Shown piece after piece: positions 1-12,480 of a stretch of 64,000 nt of DNA (position 1 is the first letter of the stretch; each line of letters begins with the position of its first letter). The DNA is from Octopus vulgaris (Eukaryota), in contig OX597821.1 in NCBI GenBank assembly GCA_951406725.2, positions 63,054,001 through 63,118,000 on the forward strand, read 5' to 3'. A program made the position numbers and the translations under genes. The notes beneath the pieces are model-generated. The model did not search any database and was not told the origin of the DNA. It saw only the letters and a list, made by a program, of their open reading frames with translations.

Positions 1-1932
1 AGCTGCCTATTTTAAACACTTACTATACAGTTCAAACGTTTAAATATTGTTCAAGATTAATGCAATTTATAAACTCCATGTTTTGTTTTAAAGTGAGAAC
101 TGTTAAGTAAAACCTTTTTGCCAACTTTCAACAGAATTGTCTCTTTAAAATCTAAAATTGTGCAAAACTGTTTCATATAGAGGTTGGGCCAAATGTCAGT
201 GCAACATTTGAAGCAATATGCACTCAGGCTTCGTGGCATATGGCTTACTACGCATATATTACGTTTCCTGTAAGAATTGAGTTGATCCATGCTCTCACGT
301 GAGATCAAAAAGACTACTTACGTATCATACAAAATACAACTACTTGTGCATCAGGTTTTTCTCTTTGACGTCATGCTTAGATACATATTCTTGTGCCGAA
401 AGCATGCGGCTATTTCAAGTAAGTTCTGAAATCATTTAATAGATTTGTTTTAAATGTACATATGATTAGTAAGCGCGATGCATTGAGATAAGATAGGAGA
501 AACCATCGCCACTTGCATTCTCACGTATCTTCGAATTGATAAAAATTCTGTGTACGATAAAGTTTTATGACCTTTATAGAAACGTTTTATGAATTTGTAC
601 AAATTTTTCGAGTAGTAAATTATATACCAAAAGTAATTAGATACATTTTTCCAAGTGACACGCTGTGTGTGAATGGGAAAATACCAAATGGATTGGACTA
701 AATGGACTTTTAGTATATCAGTGTTTTGATAAGACTTTGAGCAACAGTTGAACATTTTGTTTTCATCCAGAATATAATATAAAGTATTAATGTTACCAGA
801 AACACAAAAGAAATGATGTTTCATATTTGAAATCCTGCGAAATTTCAAGTCTTTCCGTTAGAAGAGAGGAAGAAGTCTTCGTTTTTTGTAATATCTTACT
901 ATATTTTTATATAATTCATGCTTCAAAAGTTTATGTTTACTAAGTAGAAAAGAGTATCGTCAGAAAATACAATGTGAGAGAAATCGTGTAATCTTAGCAT
1001 GTTCATAAATTTTCTCATAATGTTTGAAGCTTCAACATACACTCAACGACAGTGTAATTTTACTCATTGAATTGACTACTTCAGGTGTCACTAATCGCAA
1101 TAATTTGCTCACGACACTTACTTTCTAGGTATTTTAACGTTTAAGATGCAGTACCCCTCTCAACTTCTTCCTTCAGAAAAAGAAATGGCCGCAAATATAC
1201 TGACTGAAAAAACTGAAGCTGAGTATACTCAAGCGCTTAAAAATAGCACTAAAATTAAGCTTTTAAAACTATTTTGTGCTTACTGGGCTAATTATATTCA
1301 ATGAATATCTTCCTAAGGCAAATTGCCTGTAGTCGAACTCGGTAATCGAGAAATTTTTCAATCAATGAATTTGCTAATTAGTTCATAGTCAGTCAGAAGT
1401 ATGCTAAAAATAACATTAACGAACACAACCCTTACATGATCAATACCCGACAATATAGCATTAGAAAATCCACACATTACATATAGCTGCTATAATACAA
1501 CAAAGACTGTATATTATCTCCCGGATCATTATTGGAAACAAAACCTGCGATACAATTAGCTGAAGTTTTAAATAAGAACGTAAAACTTTTCGACCAACCT
1601 GTTAAAGTAATGATGAAAAAGTTGTTTTTTTTTCTGCTATAAGCACAAGGTCTGAAATTTTGGAAAAGCGGGAGGTCGATTACTGTGCACAGCTGATGCT
1701 TCTTTTATCGACCCCAATGTGATAAAAGGCAAAGCCGACCTTAACGGAAAATGAACTCAGAACTTAAAGACAATAAAAGCCGCAAATTATTTTGATCCTG
1801 CGTGCTAAAGTGATAGTTATAATCCTATCTACCATAGAAACAAAGATACAAGACCTGACCTTTTTGGTTTTATTGGAAAGGACCAGTTGATTTTGTAGAG
1901 ATGATTATTATTATTATCATCATGATGACTCA

Positions 1933-2610
1933 GGTGGTGGACTGGCAGAATCGTTAGCACACCGGGGGAAATGCTTAGCGCTAGTTCGTGTGCCGCTACG
2001 CTCTAAGTTCAAATTCTGCCAAGATCGACTTTGCTTTTCGTTCTTTCGGGGTCGATTAAATAAATACCATTTACGCACTGGGGTCGATGTAATTGACTTA
2101 ATTCCTCACCCAAATTTCAGACCTTCTGCTTCCAGTAGAAAGAATTATCATTATGATGATTAAGGCGGGTAGCTAGCAGAATCGTTAGCACGCAGGCCGA
2201 AATGCTTAGCGCTATTTCGTGTGCCATTAGGTTCTGAGTTCAAATTCTGCTGAGGTCGATTTTGCCTTTCATCCTGTAGGTGTCGATTAATTAGGTACCA
2301 GTTACGCAATGGGGTCGATGTAATCGACTTTATCCCTTCCACCAACACTTGAGGTCTTGTGCTTCCAGCAGAAAGAATTGTCATTTTGATAATTCAGGCA
2401 GCAAGTTGGCAGAAACGTTAGAACGCCAGGTGAAATGCTCAGAGGTATTTGCTCGTCTTTACGTTCTGAGTTCAAATTCCGCCGCGGTCTAGTTTGCTTT
2501 TCATCCTTTCGGGGTTGATATAAAATAAGTACCAATTGAGTACTGGGGTTGATGTACTCGACTGTCACCCTCCCCCAAAATTTCAGGCCTTGTGCCTTTA
2601 GCAGAAAGGC
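1933..2610 (+). mobile_element. Head-to-tail trimer of SINE family B (~215 bp units starting at ~1933, ~2164, ~2397)
   Basis: Three diverged copies of ggcggcgagctggcagaa..gagttcaaattc (A/B-box-like)..gtcgactttgcctttcatcctttcggggtcgat..agtagaaag. A decayed minus-strand copy lies at ~1640-1805. Confidence 0.85.
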
Positions 2611-2682
2611 TTATAAATATTACGATTACGATTATTATTTTCCGATGGATTTGCATTTTATTTAATCTTCCGATCGGGTCTT

Positions 2683-2732
2683 TTCTTCTTCTTCTTCTTT
2701 TCTTCTTCTTCTTCTTCTTCTTCTTCTTTCTT

Positions 2733-2821
<89 letters not shown>
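2683..2821. repeat. Compound (CTT)n-(ATT)n microsatellite
   Basis: Seen directly; explains ORFs 2501-2830 and 2592-2861. Confidence 0.95.
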
Positions 2822-2822
<1 letters not shown>

Positions 2823-3680
2823 GCTATCACTATTGTTATGTTTATAATAGCGTTGTTGTAGAAGAAATCTTTATTGTTATACTAGACAAAAAAATAATTG
2901 CGTCAGTTTTTTTTTTACCTTCTTTTGTAATGTATTTATTCTCATTGCGTTTTGGGAGCTGTCTCTGTATAAAATCTTAATCCCTTTTGACAATACGTTT
3001 TCTAGTCGTGTTAAAAGAAGAAGAAATCAATATTTACATTTTCGCATTATAATCTAAATGTTCTCCTGAAAAATAATCAAGTACTGCGCATGTTTCAAAA
3101 TCAATTAATATCAAATAACCTTCAAAATGTGTTGAATCTACTTTTTCTCCTTTGTCAGCTTTATATATACGGAAACACTTCGGGAATTCTATAAACCATT
3201 TTATTCCTAAGCGAGTAAAATTCACATTTACAAAAGAGACACATTAAAGAAAATGTTCATCGCTAGGAAAACAATTTCATCATCATATCAAAATATTATA
3301 TATAACAAATGCACTTAGGAATATTTATCTAAAGAGGTATTCTTGATTATCTATTTTCCCCACTCATTTATATATAGATATAAGTTTATACATACAGTCA
3401 CATACACACAAAATCACACACACATACACGCATACACAGGCATATATATATATATATATATTTCGTTTTTGGATTTGGTTTGCAAGATTCTCTATATGAG
3501 TTCGTGTCTTGAAATATATTTTGTTATGTCTGTGGAGAGTAATTCTCTTTTAGTGTCGTATTATTTAACACACTAAACTTTTTGTTGCGTCATTGACTCT
3601 GTCCGTTATCCGAGCTGAGTTCTTTCTGTTTGTTTGCAGGCATGTGTGTGTCAGTGTGCGTGCGCATACACCTATATATG

Positions 3681-3714
<34 letters not shown>

Positions 3715-3754
3715 TGTATGTATGTATGTATGCATGTATGTATGTATTTACATT

Positions 3755-4330
3755 CTGCCCCACCAGGTCACAAAGTGGAAGACCACCCACCATCACCTCG
3801 GCAGTGATGAAAAGCACCGCAGAACGCTGGAGTGGCTGGACCATCTCCACCCAAGAGCTTGAGAACAACAATCAAGTGAAAGGAATGGTTGCACACACAA
3901 TACAGGCTAGCATAAAACCCACCTTGAACAAACGCATAGTAAAGTTTAGCAGGAAACTATACATGCAGGTTCAAGGTGCAACCATTAGTGTCGGTGTAGC
4001 TGGAGATGTGGCCGGCCTCTTCATGACCTGGTGGGACAGAAAACTTGAATAATCCTTAGCAGTACAGTCCACAGCTCGTTCACCTTACTGTAGATATTCT
4101 AGTTAAGACCAACTCTAGTAACAGTAGTCACCGAGAGGAGCATAATGGAGAGCATCCAGCATATAGCTAACTCCATCCACCAAAGTGTCAAGGTTACTAT
4201 AAATTACCCCACTAGGCACCGCAACATTAGACTCCTCGTCCTAGATACTGAACTTCGGTTAGAGACTCAGAACAACACAGCTCTTCCACTCCTATTACAT
4301 GAAACCCATAGCTTCGAAATATGTTCCAAC
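3755..4330 (+). mobile_element. Degraded Penelope-like reverse transcriptase fragment
   Basis: Interrupted frames give LYMQVQGATISVGVAGDVAGLFMTWWDRKL, IANSIHQSVKVTINYP..LLVLD and HSYYMKPIASKYV, resembling PLE RT motifs (Q..G..IG, LD, Y.KP). Stops and frameshifts lie between them. Confidence 0.7.
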
Positions 4331-4494
4331 GACTGGAATACTATGCAAAGATTCCATTCTTTCTTCAAACTCAACGTGTGCCCACACGTGAAGCGCAGAG
4401 CTGTAAGCGATTAACTCAAACAAAACAAAATATTGTTAACCTGTACTATGGCATCCAGTATAAATTTTCTTTCCGACAGTCATCGCTAAACAGA

Positions 4495-4529
<35 letters not shown>

Positions 4530-5199
4530 CAAACACTAAAATAAATTTTATATATATATGTATTCGCTGATATTATTCAACCATTTAAACACTTCGTGTG
4601 AAAGTGGTGTCTTGCGGTAGAACTGAGATTTTATATCCATTAAAAACGTATTAAATTTGTCAGTGAGAGAAATATAGAGATACGTGGTATGTATACTTAA
4701 TATTTCTGAAACACACTGTGACAGAGAATACATTAAAAAAATATTCTTTATAGTAACACATACTGACAGATATCTTAAGTCACATTAATGATAGATCATA
4801 CATAAAAAAAATGTTCATTGCAACCATTTTTTTACACGGAATCTAAAACCTCTACATAGTCTCGACTAAAAAGATTATCCTAAAATTGTCAGAAATGTTT
4901 ATAAAATACTTAATCGCATTATTAACTGGACGACTGCCAAGTCTACGAAAATGTTGCATATTGAAAATTTTATTTTAGCATTTGAAAGTTTTCTGAATTA
5001 TTATACAAATGAGTTTGAACTATTTTAAACATAAATATTCTAATTTGAATAGAACCAGTGTACTGTATAGTTAGAGTAGCAGCCTCGCTAACGTTTATTC
5101 ACGAACACTTAGTTATATACACGCATATGTATGTATATATGCTATCATATTGCATTTTATATGTATGAGCATTTAGGTATGTATATATGAAGATATATA

Positions 5200-5287
<88 letters not shown>

Positions 5288-5527
5288 TATGTATTATAAC
5301 TCTGATTACAATAGTTCCGTAAATTATAGAGGCATATCGAAGTCAAACACGCCAATAATTGGCTACACAGAATTACGCAGAGCATACAGTGAAGTGATCC
5401 GTTATCGAAGCATAGAAGGTATCGGTGAAATGCATTCCTTGTTGTGAGGTAATCCACAAATCCAATAGTATTACAAAGCATCGACCAAGAGTGAAACCGT
5501 AAGTGGGACAATGCAGCAATAATAAGA

Positions 5528-5790
5528 ACAGGGGAATAGGTTTTCAGTTTTGATTACAATTGTTTTATTCGGAGATTTTAGTAAGCATAGTACATTTATT
5601 TAGATTAGCATTTAAGTGTGTATCTCCCAGATTCATCAGGCAAACATGTAAGACAACTGAAAAATGACTTCCAGAGTGACCTAGATACTTGTATTGCGTA
5701 ATCTAACTACGTGTCATATAATCAGGTCAAAATATAAAAAAGAATCCTCCCACTGAAACAATTGTAACAACACTGAAAATCTATACCTGT
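5528..5790. mobile_element. Fold-back element with ~50-bp imperfect terminal inverted repeats
   Basis: acagg..ataggttttcagttttgattacaattgttt pairs with aaacaattgtaacaacactgaaaatctatacctgt. An internal minus-strand CTGATGA lies near 5633-5639. Confidence 0.55.
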
Positions 5791-5791
5791 A

Positions 5792-5844
<53 letters not shown>

Positions 5845-6509
5845 GATATGATATGATATGATATGACATCCTCTTTCGTACGTTCAGACTTGCTCTTCAT
5901 ATTCGGAATAAAGGATCACGATAAAATATAGAAAATAAACTAGTGATAATTCTTTTGGATTCTTATATAGATCATAACATTTTAAATTATCAGCTTTGTA
6001 GACAAACGTCATATTCCTTCAACGCAATGTTTAGTATCGGCGTGTAGCGCACACAGGAAGCTTACCGTAACTTATGATCGGTTTGCCACGTTTGGCAGAT
6101 CATGAGCAAACGTATCTAGTTTACTTCGCATATAGCATTCCTTGTGAAAACAATAAACTGATATGAGGGAGAGTTACTGTTGAGAAACGTTTTGGTTGTA
6201 GATTAGTAGTCTAAAGTTGGTTTCGAGCTTTTTCCCACTAAGTAATGGGATTCAAGTTCCACTCTGTTCAGTTCACCCATTTGATTGGTAGACATAAATA
6301 CAATGCAAATATATGCTGGAACAAATTAAGTTGATTGAACCACATACTATATATTGTTATGAATTCTTCATTATCAAAATTATATATGAATGATAGAACC
6401 ATACTCGGGCACATAATTATCAAAGACCAGGTCTAATATTTTGTACTGGGATCTATTCATTCTTCTCTCATAATTAATACGTTTACATAAACGCCCTTAT
6501 CTGTATTCT

Positions 6510-6796
6510 GTACAAATATATGGGAAACTACCACCTGTATGATCTCTTGTGAAAGGTAGAAGAGTCCAGTTTGCTGGGCATTGTTGTAGAGCTGTAAACG
6601 AGGTAATTTCTACTCTTCTCCTCTGGAAGCCATCTGCTCGCGATACCAGAGGGCGCACACTCTCCTACCCTGATTTAATCTCCAGGGATACAGGCATCCA
6701 GCCACAGGACCTCCGTAATGTTATGATGGACAGTGAAGTCTGGCGTAACATAGTAAATTCCATTGTCTCGACCACGGTCGAACAATGATGATGATG
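6510..6796 (+). mobile_element. 5'-truncated RTE-clade LINE 3' end with target-site duplication
   Basis: ORF RRVQFAGHCCR...LLLWKP...RG..Y.D.I.RDTG...MMD..VWR is typical of RTE/RTE-X C-termini. It ends in a (GAT)n tail, with TSD atctgtattct at 6499-6509 and 6797-6807. Confidence 0.85.
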
Positions 6797-7759
6797 ATCT
6801 GTATTCTTTATTGTATACTCTGAAAGTCATAATATACATATGCTAGAGCAAATATTTTCGTTAGAAATCATAACATGTAAGACGTGCATCCGTATTTCTA
6901 AGCCATAAATGCTTACAAAAACAATAAACTTAGGGCCTTAGTAGTCATGGTTTGCCTTCAAAAAAAGACTGTCAGATCCTCCAGTTATGAAAATGATAAA
7001 TTTAAGATTATATGTTATACGGTATTTGAAAAAGAAAAAGAAGAAAGGAAACATCCGAAACAATGATCAATGATGGAATGCCTTCCGATCTTTTGAATAT
7101 ATAATATGGCGCATGACATATAATTCGTATTTGCCTCAATCATTTTTCTCGACAAAGATGAAACATCCACCTCCCAAATATACAAGTGAAGGAAAACAAA
7201 ATTTCCGAACTCTTTGTTCTTTATTCGACCAGACCACCACATATCAATATGAATCGATATTCAAAATGCAATTCTATTCTTCTTTGGATTGTCCTACTTT
7301 TCGATTGGGGCCAAAATTGTTTCACTATGTTCATGTGAAGCAGCAGGTATTTCACTGGCCCCTTTCTAATCACTTGTGTACCTTTTGACAATATACGGGT
7401 CTACATGTCTTGCAGTCTTGTGATGTGTGTGTGTGATACAGCAAAACACGTATTTGTTTCATATTTCCCCATCACATACATATCATTGCAGTGATCTTGA
7501 ATTAAATCATTTCGTATCAGCTCTCACAATAATATTTCTAGCATGGATCTTTTCCTGGACCTTTTTGTCATCCGCCGGTACTAGTTTCCCGTCTTCCGCG
7601 TAAAAATGCACGTGAGACGGTGCAGCTGAAGAGACAAGTACGCAGAGTCTTGCCAAGTGTGTTTCCAGTAAATGCTTAATCGAGGCAAACAAACTTCCAA
7701 ACTGTTCTTACTCTGCGCAGTAGTTCAATGTTCCTGTTTCGTTAGTTGACCCAATCTTT

Positions 7760-8210
7760 ACACCCTCATTTCTCTAAATCCGACTATTATTCGGCCTTGT
7801 GCTATTTTTCCGGGCCATACGAATTTTGTTTTCATGCGGTTTAGTTTGAGGCCTACTACTACGCGGTAGGTGTCCAGATTTGTCAGCATGGCCCGTAGAT
7901 GATTTATGGTTTCTAAGATAAGCACTACTATGACGGCTATGATCGGAGATATGCTACTGCTCCACCGTTGTTGACTTTTCTTTCTCAATTGATACCTCTG
8001 ATTGATATTTTAAGACATGGCGCGAAAAGCTTTGGACTGATGTTCATACGGGATTTCACAGATGATTTACATTGGTGTTCAATCTCGATTGCACCTTCCA
8101 TAGAAATTTAACGTGTTGTGTCTAGACTCCTTCCGTCTCCAGAATCTGCAACACTGCAATGCCCTCGAAGGGATCTTTATAATCGGAGGCATTTTCATGA
8201 TAGATGACGG
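7760..8210 (-). mobile_element. Degraded non-LTR (RTE-like) reverse transcriptase fragment
   Basis: Minus strand gives ISPKLFA, then VLILETINHLRAMLTNLDTYRVVVGLKLNRMKTKFV (the post-YADD GL.IN..KTK motif). Frames are broken. Confidence 0.7.
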
Positions 8211-9282
8211 CGATTGAAATAGAAAGCTTATCCTGTTTCATCATTCTAGAAACTTCGTGAGAATGAATGTGTATTCTATCATGGAAAACCTGAATATTCA
8301 TGAAGCCTGTCCTATATAAGAATTACGGATGAATTACGGAATTCCTCAGAGTAAAAAAATTCAGAAATAATTCGGTAAATTTTAAACGTATCAAAGGACC
8401 AACTCAAAATCGTTTCACTTGTATCATTTGATATTTTCGACCACAATTATATAGGAACTTTGGAGAAATAGATCACATTCTTCCATAAAGAATATACATG
8501 CTTAACTATACATAATATATAAATATGCAACTGCCGTAGGAAAAATAACATTATACAACTCTTGTATAAATTCCTAAATCGTCTGAGAATCAATTACATA
8601 CCATGGTGAAAGTTTAACGGGATAATAAAAGAGAATATTTAATAAAGAGATGACTTAATAAATAGAGATTTTTACTGGCACGTTCTGCATCAGGTATTTT
8701 GATGCTGAACGTAATTGGATCAATATTAATATGCCTGAAAATTAGTTCAAAATTTGAATCTAATATTCAGTGCTCCGTTATTTATGGTTGGAATTAATTT
8801 TTATCGACGATGTGATGGATATTTGGCAATATAATGCTTTGAATCCAGAAGCAGTTTAATCAAAATGCAAGGAAAAATATTAACTCATAATTGTTTTGAT
8901 TAATTTATGTGTAATTCATTTTTAATATTATATTTTTTGTTTGTATAATTAAATCTATTAAAAAGGCCTGGCGGAAATGATTAGATAATTATGAGGGTTA
9001 TACAACGCAACAAACAGCCATATTTGCTACCAATGCTACTTGATATCCTAATGGTTTCTTAGTGAGGCAAAAAATCTCTGTTCAAAAAAGATATGAGCAT
9101 TAAAAAATATGCTTCATAGAAGAGCATTAGAAGCAAAGACGTTGTCAGAAGTGAATGCACATCTTGAAGCTCACGAACATTTCCTTCAAATATATTTCGA
9201 CTGCGTAAAATAGACGAGTTCTTATTAGGGTCCAGTAATACAATGATACAAACTGCGGTTAAGTGACACGCAGTATTATTTC

Positions 9283-9322
<40 letters not shown>

Positions 9323-9487
9323 TGAAGTATATTTGCCACACAAATGTGGTTAACCCTTAAGGGTGGATGCAACTGTAGTTTGTAGCCCTAGGAGGACACC
9401 TCCTCCAGCTGGCTATTGACACACTTTCTGTGCCCTATCAGTATATTCAAAGGGAAGCCATCTTTCCCATCTTCAAACTGTATGATA

Positions 9488-9526
9488 CACACATACTCGA
9501 GTTTCTGGGTATTGACCCGTCATCAG
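9488..9526 (-). ncRNA. Minimal type I hammerhead ribozyme core (minus strand)
   Basis: Reverse complement reads CTGATGA-c-gggt-caat-accc-a-GAAA-c-tcga-GTA-tgtgtg: intact core and palindromic stem III. The 5' strand of stem I is displaced by a small tandem duplication. Confidence 0.6.
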
Positions 9527-9573
9527 AGTTCCTGGTTATTGACCCGTCATCATTCATCGACAACCGGTGATTT

Positions 9574-9618
9574 CATACGCTGCTGACGGGTCAATACCCA
9601 GAAACTCGATTCCGTGTG
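9574..9618 (+). ncRNA. Mutated hammerhead copy in the other arm
   Basis: catacg-CTGCTGA-c-gggt-caat-accc-a-GAAA-ctcgat-tc-cgtgtg. Stem I catacg/cgtgtg is intact; the core has substitutions. Confidence 0.5.
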
Positions 9619-9831
9619 TATCATACGGGTTGAAGATGGGAAGGAAGGCTTCCCTTTGCAAATACTAATAGGGTACAGAAAGTGTGTCAATATCCAGCTG
9701 AAGGAGGTGTACTCCCGGAGCTACAAGCTACAGTAGCATCTACCCTTAAGGGTTAGCCACATTTAAGTGGCAAATATACTTCACGGTGACGTGCAGTTAC
9801 TTTTTATACCTCGCTCAGAGATTTATTATTG

Positions 9832-9908
<77 letters not shown>

Positions 9909-9959
9909 GCACAGGTGTGGTTGTGTGGTAGGAAGATTTCTTCTCAAGCATATGATCTC

Positions 9960-10272
9960 TTTGATTGTATCGAGAATGATGAAAACGTTTTGAAAACTTT
10001 GCGTAGGCCACTGAGCAGGTAACACTAAGCTTTTGGCAAAACTTGATGCACATTCTTTGCTCAACTTCCTCTGTCATGGTCAATGAGACGATCTCACGCA
10101 ACACACGTCCCTTCCAAGCACTGCTGTAAACAGTGGAATAATACTAGAACGTTAAACCTTAGTGCACATGCACAGCAGAGTTCAAGGTTAATCTTTGCCC
10201 AGTGGTTTCACTCTGTGTGTTTAGCTTCATTAGTATGACAAAAGTCCGGATACATATTGATCAAACCACGTG
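9960..10272 (-). mobile_element. Mariner (Tc1/mariner) 5' remnant
   Basis: Minus-strand EQRMCIKFCQKL..TCS.AY matches the mariner transposase N-terminal HTH start; a TIR-like end lies near 10240-10272. Confidence 0.7.
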
Positions 10273-10389
10273 TGGATGATGAGTGGTATAAAGCATTACT
10301 ACATAAAATTCTCTCCTCATGCAGATATGGTGTTGTTTGTCGGGGGCGGTATCTAGATAATTTGCTATTTTGTAGTTTAGTAATTATAT

Positions 10390-11400
10390 TCTAGCAACAC
10401 TTCTTTCTAATCCTATGCCATATCCATTCTTACTACTTACTAAATTCAGTATGTCGGTCCTCTATGGTATATAACATGTTCGTTCCTATTATATTTTGGA
10501 GTATCTACAAAATACACCTGCCCCAGAGGATATGTCCTATCGAAGTTTTCCATTCTCATGGCAAAGATTTTCTGTGAAATTTTGTTTAATCCAATAAGAA
10601 CTGTGGAAAGTAACGAAAATTCGCTGCTGTTCATAGTTGTACTAATGTCAGACTTGCTACAATCACAAATAATTTGAGGAACTTGAGAATTGCGTGAAAT
10701 TATTTCTAGAAATCGCCAATTAAGTCTTTCCTATAGCAAATTGGATAAATCAAAACTTAGCCTCTATTTTGTTGACATAGTTATACTACTTAAGAGTATC
10801 ACCGCTATATTTTAATTAGATTACTTTTATAAGCGATTTATTACCTAAGTTATTAACACCTGCCTTCTCTGCATTTGCTAACAATATCTCGGTATCTGCT
10901 CATGGGGTTTTAATGCTTGCATTTGTGCCTGCTTGCGGAAGCATTTATCTGATCATTCTGTGTATTATGCTAGACATTCTAATTTGAATTGTATGGCTTC
11001 AACTTGCCCTTTGTTATTCACCGTTTCTAGGACTAGACTTTGGTGTGTTTAGTTATATTATTTTGTAATCTGTTGTATTATTGCCTGTCACGTATTCAAT
11101 TATTTCATCATCTCACTTCACAAATAATTTCTGGAATTTTGGAAGGGATTCAGATACGCTTTTAATTAATTCTGGAAACTATTGCTTCGATTTTCAACTA
11201 CACATTTTCATCAGATTAGTCAGGTCCCTTTCAGGTCTTTGATAAAAACAGCAATCTTATTTAACTTGAAAAGAAACTTATCGGCAGCTGTATTTGATAT
11301 GCATTTATCGAAGCTAAAGGCTTTATTATTCATTATTCTTTGTGCGTTTCCATGTTTTCGGTAAGTCGCTTCATGTACAACCATCTGTAAGAATGCCATT
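10390..11400 (-). mobile_element. Possible highly degraded Penelope-like ORF remnant
   Basis: Minus-strand RTYPLGQVYFVDTPK...YHRGPTY resembles PLE YP.G..P..YG.PK...PTY. Many stops. Confidence 0.3.
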
Positions 11401-12026
11401 AATTTTCACAGAACAAATGATTGTATATCTGTCCATAATATCGGTGTCTTGTATTCTAATAGATTACAGCACACAGTCATATGGAATTCGTTGAAAGCAC
11501 ATCCAGTAAAATGATAGCGAATGAGAAGTGTAACCAATATTCAAGTTAAAGTGTAAATAAATTATTTGTTCAGCTCGAAACAGAATTAAGTAGAAACCGG
11601 GGTTACTCAAGCATAATTATTCGAGCTGAGATCCTCAACGAGCTATTCTGATTACAATTACTCTTCGAAAAGTTAGGGGCGGGATTCTTCCATCATAACA
11701 CACCGTGACGTAATATTATATATGGTACGTTATCATGAAACACAGATACAAAAGCAGTTTGAATTGATGTTAAAATAGTAAAATAATTATACGTAAGCCA
11801 TATGCACCTTAACATCGCGGAGATGAACCATAAGTTTTACTCAATAGATTTTTGGCAATATAGTCATAAATAAGATGGAGTTGGATGGAAGGGATTAGAA
11901 TTAACAATTGAATATGTCATAGATTAGAGGGAGAAGATTATTAGAAAGAGATACTGAACAAACGCTCAGTAATGCATAGATAATGAAATAATCGATGAAT
12001 GTATGAATAAATGAATGAAGGAATAT

Positions 12027-12185
12027 ACAGGAGAGGTTGTGTGACAAGTAGCTTGCTTACCAACCACATAGTTCCGAGTTCAGTTCCACAGCGTGGCACC
12101 TTAGGCGAGAATCTTCTACTATAGCCTCGGGCCCACCAAAGACTTATGGGTGGATTTTGCAGGTGGAAACTGAAAGAAGCCTGTC

Positions 12186-12224
<39 letters not shown>

Positions 12225-12480
12225 TAGATAGATAGATATAGATATAGATATATATATATACATGTATGTGTGTGTATATGTTTGCACCCCGCCCCAACAT
12301 CGCTTGACAACCGATGCTGGTGTGTTTACGTCCCCGTAACATAGCGGTTCGGCGAAAGAACCCAATAGAATAAGTACTAGGCTTTCAAAGAATAAGTCCT
12401 GGGGTCGATTTGCTCGACTAAATGTGGGGCTCCAGCATGACCACAGTCCAATGACTGAAACAAGTCAATGAATAAAAGAG
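12027..12480 (+). mobile_element. SINE family C, full length, with internal (TA)n/(GATA)n microsatellite
   Basis: tRNA-like head (..gttccgagttcagttcca..), body acggaaactgaaagaagcccgtcg-like, internal microsatellite, tail gactgaaacaagt..aataaaagag. Homologous to copies elsewhere in the window. Confidence 0.85.

Larger units (their letters stand above)
9321..9785. mobile_element. ~465-bp fold-back (palindromic) element with hammerhead motifs, next to (TA)n
   Basis: Begins cgtgaagtatatttgccac and ends gtggcaaatatacttcacg; the ~200-bp arms pair along their length. Confidence 0.85.
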
